Source of the DNA: Trypethelium eluteriae
Taxonomy: Eukaryota
Direction of reading: 5' to 3'
DNA: 41,290 nt
Assembly (NCBI GenBank): GCA_051942245.1
Contig: JAVECL010000163.1
Span: 1-41,290 of the forward strand
A program made the position numbers and the translations under genes. Below, in pieces: positions 32,688 through 41,290 of this stretch (positions are counted from its first letter, which is position 1; each line of letters begins with the position of its first letter). The notes below the pieces were generated by a model. That model was not told the DNA's origin, did no database searches, and worked only from the letters and a program-made list of their open reading frames with translations.

Positions 32688-33790
32688 GGTGAGAGATGTC
32701 CAGTTGCCTGTGAGTTTTCGAGTCTATCCAACCTCAAGCCTTGGGGAGGGCAATACGTCTCAGGAAGGATATAGAAACGAGAGGACGGCGCAAGAAAGCA
32801 GAGGCGCCAAACTAGCACATAAAACAAAGTGACGAGGTCTGATCGCAGTGAGATCGGAAATTTGACAAGCTCAGTGCTCCTTTACCGGCTAGCTGAGAGG
32901 TATTGACGGTTTCTTGTCAGCCCCTCAGGCCCACTGAAGATAGAGGCTCTGAGGCACTCAGGCAACGGATCGTAGAGTTATAGGGAAAATGCACGGAGTA
33001 ATGCCTGCTTTCGCAACTACATTCTCAGCTTGTGATAGCCCATCGATCTCGCCCCCAAGAACGGCAAGGCATGGCGAGCGATAGGGCTTGCTTCGGCATG
33101 TTGACATCCAGAGCGTTTTTCAGCCTTCACGGCCTACGACGGACTAATGGCTCCAATTGAGGGAAGTGTTGCATTGGTCTCCGAATTCTCGGCGGCCAGC
33201 GCTGCAGGGGTAAGGTGGGCAGATTGGGGCTGTTGGAGAAATACAAGGGTGTTTGAAGGCCAGTCCAGCACGCTCGCCTATAAGACTCCTTGGAGATTTT
33301 TAGATAAGCCATCTAGGCCGGAAAGATGCAGACGGTCTCAACGACTCCGATGGGACGGGTCATCATCGCCTTAAGCGTTGGGGGCTGAGTGCATCGTCTG
33401 AATCAGGACAACTCAAAAAATAGCTTCTCGGCCGAGTTTCAACCACTCACACGCTGGCTTCATGCGATAGAATGACACCATGGATTCTTCTCTTTCCATT
33501 ATGCCGCCACTTGCGGAACCAAGCTGGGATGCGGGCGGATAATCCACTATGGCCAGACCAGCTTGCATGCTATTTCCGAACCTGATCCTCGTGCACATGC
33601 CTTGCGATCAGGCATGGATGGATAATCGTTTCTTCCATTTCCTCATTTCGGCTTTTTGATCGACTTGGCGCTGATTTGAGATCGCATGCTCTGCTCGACT
33701 ATGAGCTTGTGAAAACCTCTGATGCAGTGTTGAGTGGATGTCCCACCTTGTCATAATGGCTGATGCTCCACACTTCTTTTCTGCAGAGAA

Positions 33791-36003
33791 ATGATTTTTG
33801 GTGTTTCTTTCCCTTTTGTATTGTGCATCTCAGCCTTCCTTAAGACCGCTGCGGGACAGGACGCCATTCCCGCCTTGAGCGTGCCAGCCAGCCAGTATTG
33901 GTACGAGAACCTGTGGATGCCCCCTCTTTACTGCTCGCATCAGACTGACTTTCTCGCTTCATAAGGGATGGAATTGATGGGCCATGGTCCACTTTCTGGG
34001 TGGCGGTAGGAACTCCACCGCAACAGGTGCGAGTGCTTCCCTCGACTTCCGGCGACCACAATGCCCTCTGGGTCGTCTTGACCGAAGGATGTACATCGCA
34101 AGATCCCTCCACTTGCGCCCAGGATCGAACTGTCTTTAATCCCAACACTTCTTCGACATGGGATGCCATTGGCTTATTCCAATTGGGACTTCGTGAGGAG
34201 GCATATCTCGGGTACAACGTTACTGACGATAATGCCGAGTTCGCAAACGAAACATTCACCCTTGGTAACAACAATGGACTTCCCACCATTGGTGATTCTG
34301 TCGTCCAAGGGTTTGCGACCAAGGACTTCTACATGGGCGCATTGGGACTTGCTGCACGCGCCATCAACGTCTCGAGTTTCAATGCGCCGCAGCCAAGTGT
34401 ATTACAGGCGCTGCGCAATCAAGGGAGTATACCGAGCCTGTCCTGGGGTTATACAGCGGGCAACCAATTCGCAGACCCACCAACGTTTGGCAGTCTGACA
34501 TTGGGGGGTTATGATAATTCTCGTCTGATGTCCAGTGGGGTTACTGTACCATTCGGGTCGGATCAATCAAGAGACCTGTTGATCGGAGTGCAAAGCATCA
34601 GCAGCGACAATACGCAATTTCTCTCGACCGGAGTGTATGCATTTGTAGATTCTTTAGTTGCGGAGCTCTGGTTGCCTCAAGATACCTGCGAAGCCTTCGA
34701 GCGCGCATTTGGTCTAACTTGGAACGACACAGCTGAGCTTTATCTTGTCAATGACTCCCTCCATGACACCCTTACTTCGCAGAACCCAAGTATCACTTTC
34801 CAGGTAGGACCCGCATCCTCTTCGTCTAGCGGGTCAGTTCAGATCGTGCTTCCGTACAACGCTTTCGATCTATCGATTAGCCCTCCGTACGTCTCGAGCA
34901 GTAGCCGATACTTTCCCCTCAAACGAGCACAAAACTCAACTCAATATACACTAGGCCGAACATTCCTTCAGTATGCCTATGTGGTGGCAGACTACGAGCG
35001 TTCTCAGTTCTCCGTTTACCAGGCACAGTTTCCGCCAACATCGATGCCTCAAAATCTTACAGCAATATATCCACCAGGGCAGGGACCGAATGGAAGCAGC
35101 AGCTCTGGCTCAAGCTCTAAGAAGTCTGGACTTGGCAGTGGTGCAATCGCCGGCATTGCAGTTGGAGTAGTCGTACTGATTGTTGGAGCGGCGCTACTAC
35201 TATTCTTCCTACGCCGACGTAGGACAAATAAGACCAAGATCGCAGAGCTCCCGGCCAATAGCGTCGGTGGTGTCGCTCGACAAGAAGACTCAACGTATCA
35301 GAAGCCTGAGCTCGACGCCACTGAGTTCGTCAGGCCTGAACTTGAGGCTAGGACGAAAGCCGAACTCGCGGCAGGAGACCCCAAGATGAAGCCAGAGTTT
35401 TATGGCGGAGATGGATCGACAACAGACTTTAGCCAAGCTTACGAAATGGATTCACTGGATCCAAAGAGTTATGCGCGAAATGAGTTACCGGGATCACCGG
35501 GCCACATGTTTGCGCATGAACTTCCGGCAGAGGATGTTCTTCCTCCAGAGTTACCTACGCCTCTAGCCCTCTCGTCACGAGGCTCGACGTCCTCATCGGC
35601 GCGTGGATTCAGACGTTCACCTATACCTCGATCTGGCATCATGCATCAATCTTCCACTGCCTCCCGCTCCTCTTCTGGAATTCCTCAGTCCTCCATGATG
35701 CACCAATCTTCAGTCGCTTCCCGCTCTTCTTCTGGAGCCCCCCAATCCTCAGTGATGCATCAGTCCTCAACGGCGTCTCGCTCATCAGGGCATCCTCAAT
35801 CTGCACCAACCCATCACTCGGCATCAGTTTCTTCCGCTTCTGGAGCTGCTCAATCTTCCTCCGGGACTCATCATGCATCAATCATCTCTCCCATCGCTGG
35901 ACCTCCAGAAGCTTCTAGAGATCCAAATTTTCCACCTTTGTCTTTTTCGCGTTCTCCACCACCACGGAGGGAACCATTTGCACCGCGACCGCCGCCTAAA
36001 TGA
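33791..36003 (+). CDS. Single-pass membrane pepsin-family (A1) aspartic protease-like protein, probably catalytically inactive; exons 33791-33900, 33966-36003
   Basis: Signal peptide MIFGVSFPFVLCISAFLKTAAG; WDGIDGPWSTFWVAVGTPPQQVRVLPSTS, FGSLTLGGYD, AFVDSLVAELWLP, YTLGRTFLQYAYVVADYER; TM GAIAGIAVGVVVLIVGAALLLFFL followed by RRRR; long cytoplasmic tail. Confidence 0.9.
35641..35880 (+). repeat. 57-bp (19 aa) tandem repeat in the protease cytoplasmic tail: 3 good copies plus degenerate ones
   Basis: MHQSSTASRSSSGIPQSSM / MHQSSVASRSSSGAPQSSV / MHQSSTASRSSGHPQS, starting at 35641, 35698 and 35755. Confidence 0.9.
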
Positions 36004-37128
36004 GTCATCATCTTTGAACGCAATATTTCTTCGCCATGCGACCAGAAACTCAGCATCTCGCCCTACGGCTGACCAGGGCGCTCCTGTCGTAGAAGGGGCC
36101 TACTGAGCCCTGAGGATATTCAAGTGGACTGTCCGGTCGGATTCACTTTCATGTTGACGCCGCTCCAGTGACACCACTGGCCTGCAGCAAGCAGTCGGAA
36201 GACGCTCCATTTACGTGAAGTCTGCATTATTACTTGATGCAGTTCAGTGTAAAATAGGGACAGACGCCTGTATGTAGGCCCGTGTCAGGTTTACCAGCAA
36301 CGGCTCGGCGAAGAGCGAACATCGAAGAGAGCGACAGAATGCTTGTAGTTATGCGTATGAGTGCCGAAGGAAACCCATAGGGATTGGAGATAGTGGAGAG
36401 ATAACACTATCATTCCTTCGGCCTGAATTTATCGGAGCCTGTGAAGTCTTGAAAAGATTCGCGGAGAAATCACAGAATCCCGACAATGTGACCAGGGGCG
36501 AACAGGACGCGCCGACAGGGTCATGGGATTCTGCAAATGTCTAATGTTGCACGTATAATCAATTTCAAATTGGAGATGACTTGACAATGGACCGTTGTAA
36601 CGCATTCGAGAAACTTTGGGATCACTTTACGTACGAGGGGTTGCCCCAAAATGAAAAAATTGGAAAGCGCTACGTCTGAGTAGATCATACAGTCTACTGA
36701 GTAATAGAGATTCTGCCACGTCAGGGCAATATAATACACCGAGCGCATAATTTCCTCAGGGATCGGATATCACTGTGCTGTTGTTCCTCGTGAGCCGAGC
36801 TATCTGTCTCAAGGTTGTAATGATATCATACATAACAATAATGCCACGCATAGAACCTACGGGTATACAGCCACCGGTAGCCGGGCCTCCCATCCAGACA
36901 TGCACAGATGCAAGACCAGTACCATCCATTCATTCATCCAGCCATCCACCGCGCAATCATGACCGCCATCATAGAAACCCAATAATGCAAAGACGCTTCA
37001 ACGCCTGCGATTTGCTAGCAGAGTCAACCGAGGTATTTAGGGCTACCCTTCCGCCCCCTTGCCCGTCTATAAGCCGCGGTGCCCTGACCCAGGACCCATC
37101 TATTCATCCAGCACACCTTGCCAAACCA

Positions 37129-40100
37129 TCACATCACAGCACATTCTCGATCCGGCCGCTCCCCTGTCGCCTTCGCCTTCTTCTTCTCAAGATGCCGACT
37201 CCGACTCCTCATCACGCTACCCTTTTTGCCCCCTTCCTTCTCTTTCCCAGTCTCCTTCCCCACCTCTTTCCCACCCTCTTTCAATCTGACGATCTCCCCG
37301 CTCTTCCTCGGAGTCCCACCTACACTCCTCTCGACCTCAACGCTCTTCCTCGCTGCCGGGGTTTCCTTCTCTCCCAGTGTCGTGGCGGCAGCATTGACCT
37401 CCAGCCTCCCTGGGGAACTCGATGCGGCGGAATTAATGGTGGGAGGAACTAAGGCGGCAGAGCTTGCGGCAGGCGTGAGCATCGCGGGTGTCGTGGCGGT
37501 GGTGCTGGAGCGGGAGCGAGAGGCCGGGTCCACTTCGGCGATTTCAACGACGGGGGCAGCATCTTCTTTTTCCGGGGTGCGGCCGGCGAAGTCGGTGGCA
37601 GCAGTGCGGTCGTGGGGTTGGGCAATGGTAGTACTGCTAGGAGCAGGTGCAGTAGCAGCGATCGGGCCAGGGGAAATGCTGATGGCGGGGTTGGTATTAT
37701 TTGCGGCCCCGGAACCCAGCAACTTGTCGCGACTGATTCTGCCCGTAAGCCTCGACATTGTGAGCGAGAGACGATTTCCCTCGCCGCTCTGGCTACTAGG
37801 GCGCGATTTTGAAGAGCGAGAAACGGAGCTATTTCCGTTCGATGCCTTGCTCCCGCGACGACTCGTCCCGAGCCAGGAAGTGCGGGATTCATCGGCCGGT
37901 GTGGTTGGAGCGGTGGTCGGGAGTGTGGCGGTCGTGAGACTGGACTTAGCATCTTCGTTGTCGCCGACGACTTTTTCGACGAAGACGATGCTACCGCGAC
38001 GAAGGGGGTCTTCAGTGCTGCTTCGACCGCGTTTGTTGTCCGAGCTATTGAAATCCGGAAGTTCAATGCTGATGCGAGAGGCTTTAGGCTCGGGAGCCGA
38101 GAGAATGTGGTCGAGGGCTTTGGGGTCATTGTTGTTGTGATTGTTGATTGGAATGGGTTTCTTGACCTCGACAAGGCTTTCGGAGCTAGTGTTTGCGAGA
38201 AGGGACTCTTCCTCATCTTTCGTATCCGTAGCTTCGGAGTAGGAAGGCGGGTTTCCACGCGCAAGATCTTCGTCAATTGGTTGTACTTGGTAGAAGAGGA
38301 GGTAGGGGCTCTCTTCCCTTAGGGCCTTGTCGATATCAATGAGCTTTACACGCTCACGCGCAAGGTCGTCAAATTGTAACCATTGCGTATCTTCCTCGTC
38401 TTCTTCCGAGCTCTCATTCCTATCTGTTGATGCCGTTGGTCGCCGACGGATCGTTTCACCTTTGACGAGAGCAATGTAGTGTCCAGAGTCTACAGCTAAA
38501 CCTCGATGGCATACCACAGATTGTAGAGAGAGCTTGAAATTTCCGAAAAGTGGACCTTCTTCCTCCATACGGTCATCCGAGACAAAATGTGGAAGGGCGA
38601 TCTCGAGAGGAATATCAATTTGTGTACTCAGTTTAGTAGCTGTGCCCCTAGGGGTGCAAGTGTAGCGTTTCAGACAAATACCCAGAACAGGCCGTTGTTT
38701 AGAGAAATGTGCAGCGACTTGCGCGTCCGAAGTAGGTGCGTTGTCAGTGTACCAGGCTGCAAGCTGTAAGTTAGATCTAGCGCCAAGATTGTGAAGTCTT
38801 GATAGAATTTGAAGACATACGAATGAGAGAAAAGAACTGCCAAGCAGGCATCAGAACTTCCTTTCTAAGGGAGCTCTTCCGTCGCTTGAAGTCAGGCAAG
38901 GTTTCCTCATCCGGCTTCTTCTTCTCCGACTGGCTGAATATACTATCCGCTCTTGTTCGGGCACTGATTGGCCTTGTGGAAGCAGCCGGACTCAAGGGCG
39001 TACTCGGTTCCGAGAGCTCAATAGTTTCTATCTGTGTCATATCTCCTTTGGATTCACTCTTCGCTTCCAGGTCCTTGTCTTCTCTGACCCTTTCCAGGGT
39101 ATTACGGCGCTGGAGATGCCTCTTGACCTCGATTCTGTTGTTAAAGTAGTGCTCTAAGCAATCTTCCAGTGTGATTGGGGAGCCATCTTCCGGTGGTGGA
39201 GGAATGGCCACTTCTAATAACCGTTCATTTACGAATTTATGGTCATCAGCAGCATCTTCCTTGCCCGTGTGGTAGATGTCCATTTTCAGAGTCAGGAGAG
39301 GTAGTTCTAGCTTTCCGGTAATGAAAGTAAAAGCTTCCGAAGCATCCTGCTGATGGAGCTTACGAGCCTCTTCCCAGCCGCAGTTTGCCAGCGCTTCTTG
39401 GATTTGTTTTGTCTTACCAGTTGTCAGCAAAGGCAACGATCCGAGGGCGGATTCTGACATACAATATCTGTCGTGACAAGCCTACCGGTGCGCAGCAAGT
39501 TGACCCATAACCTCAAAAGCGCCGCCAAATTTTTGCGATGTTTGTCGTTGAAGGTGTTGTACAGCATCGCCTCGAAGCTCTCTAGTCGTGCGAACATGGC
39601 GAAAAGCAAAGCGTCCAAAAAGCATGTTACGGCTTCTCGGTTCTCCGCACCGAGCATTTTCTTGTCGGCACTGTATGGCTTGATGATCCCCTCCCACGAG
39701 TCCTCAAACAGTAGAAGGAGCTGGAGTGCCTTCTCGCTGTCGCCACCGATGTTCCTGGACCGTAATGCATACTCTATTTGTCGCTCGGCCAGATTCTCTA
39801 TGCCCAGTTGATGCAGCCGCTGGGTAAGCGCTTTCACCTACAGGTCAAAAATCAGCCATGTTCATGCACTCTTCCAAGGCCCGACGGCGACAACCGCAAC
39901 TAGCTCCTTAAAGCCAAATGCACACTAGCAATTACCTTTTTCTCTTCATCTTTGTCTGGTTTTTTCTTCAAGTCGTCCGCACAGAATGCGCCGTCGAATT
40001 GGCGTGAGACAGGGCGTGGTTCGGTAGACTGCTCGGATTCGTACTCTCCGTCAGCTTGTGGTATTGGATGGTTATGTGGAAAATGGACGGTTGAAGGTAG

Positions 40101-40403
40101 CGACCATCTGTGGAACAATCTTTGCGCCTTGAAAGGAAAAGACGGCGACCACGAGACGGTTGAGAATGAAGAAAGCCGCCTCTTGCCCCTGATAGACATG
40201 ATGGTGGTGTCGACCAGCAAGAGTACGAGAGGTCATGGCGACAGTACAGTGACTTGGGCTGGAATAGGTCGCGATTGCGCGGTGTAGAGTAAAAGGGACT
40301 GCTTCATAGGACGCTGGACGTTGCTACTTACTTTGGCATCCTTCTGATTGTGACTTCCGGACCGCCTGTCCCGCCGGCTCAGAAATCGATTGATGCCACT
40401 CAT
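37129..40403 (-). CDS. Ubiquitin-specific protease (peptidase C19, CYLD-like fungal family) with C-terminal CaaX; about 5 exons
   Basis: Cys box GAENREAVTCFLDALLFAMF, QQDASEAFTFI, TLEDCLEHYFNN, LGICLKRY, His box SVVCHRGLAVDSGHYIALV, WLQFDDL, PYLLFYQV. Exons 40403-40332, 40028-39936, 39837-39463, 39412-38821 and about 38755-37129. Confidence 0.9.
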
Positions 40404-40861
40404 GCTACCTTGCATGGTACTTTCCCTCTTTTCCAGATGAGTTCCCCATGAACTTCACAACTCGGGGGGCGTTCTGAAGCGGGTGCGAAGTGGGGCGCTG
40501 TTGATCAACATCGAGACGGCTCAGGTGGACGTTGCAGTGTGGTTTCAAGTCAGGTGCATCTTCTCTCAGTTGGATCAGTAGAAGCACCACGTAGATCAGC
40601 CAGATCTTGGAGACAGATTTATTTTTCCGGTATGGCAAGTAAAGCGAAGGTCAGATTCTAGGCAAGTGATGGCAAACGGTCATGGATACATGTATCGGCG
40701 CCGGTCAGGGTCCATGGGATAATGTTCGCAATCTGATCTGACACTGCAGACGCCAGCCCACCCCTGTCTCCTTCGGTCTCTACTCGACTCCGGCCGCGAG
40801 AAAATTGTCTATTATCGTCATCCCATCTCCTAGGCACCAACAGTCCCACCATTCTATCCAG

Positions 40862-41290
40862 ATGGCACTCCGGGATCTATCTCTTCAAAGTGCGAGATCA
40901 TTACGAAAGTCTTCGTTTCCTCGGTCTTTCAGGTTCCGGTACAACGTCAGCCGGAATGCGTCAACCACGACGCATGACCAGGACCTGGAACCGTCCAGCT
41001 CCCTTTCCATACCCGCTCCGTCTTCAGACCTAGTCAAGGACTTTGACCCTGCCGAACGCGCGCGCAAGCGAAGGGCAGAGTTAGGCAGAGAACTACCACC
41101 CAGCAGGTTAATCCTACCCATCTTCCAGGTCGAAATCGAACCATCCCCAATCCCCAACCCCCAATCATCCCATTCATATCTCCAAATCTGCTACTAACAC
41201 GACCCTTTTCCTAGATATCGCTTCCGTTCTCCCAAATACTACCGCGGTCCTCTCCATCCGCATCAGCCTCCTCCGCCCTCCGACCCAACC
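40862..41290 (+). CDS. MRPL7: 5' part of mitochondrial large-subunit ribosomal protein uL5m (MrpL7); intron 41107-41214; runs off the right edge
   Basis: Arg/Ser-rich presequence MALRDLSLQSARSLRKSSFPRSFRFRY, then FDPAERARKR...LPPSR|YRFRSPKYYRGPLHPHQPPPPSDP, which I recognise as the Pezizomycotina MrpL7 N-terminal extension. The L5 core lies outside the window. Confidence 0.72.

Noticed and set aside
36775..38140. Long plus-strand ORFs (225 and 340 aa)
   Set aside because: Largely antisense shadows of the GC-rich, low-complexity DUB C-terminus and its 3' UTR. No domain features.

Overview
Gene-dense eukaryotic DNA from a filamentous ascomycete (Pezizomycotina, inferred from short GT-AG introns with CTRAC branch points and from gene content). 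Left part (1-17 kb), mostly conserved genes: 5' tip of a small minus-strand gene, urease accessory UreF, Hsp40 Sis1 (GC-AG intron, perfect heat-shock element), mitochondrial nuclease Pet127, a PH+LRR protein, a small HIG1-like membrane protein with a highly structured intron, LYS9 and a Dfm1-type derlin. Derlin intron 3 hosts a box H/ACA snoRNA whose two guide pockets can be read directly: one snR43-like, one aimed at a 25S site I do not recall being modified in budding yeast. The next gene downstream is an intact but strongly diverged Cbf5/dyskerin pseudouridine synthase, probably a paralog, with a novel RG/CDK-site N-terminus and no KKE/D tail. This enzyme-guide RNA pairing is the most interesting signal in the window. 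An accessory-looking stretch follows (19.7-29.4 kb: two F-box-like genes around possible decayed coding sequence). Then come a GPI-type Ser/Gly-repeat surface protein head-to-head with a membrane-anchored, catalytically degenerate aspartic protease, a CYLD-like deubiquitinase ending in a CaaX box, and the 5' part of mitochondrial uL5m (MRPL7). All calls come from manual reading and recalled family motifs. No searches were run.
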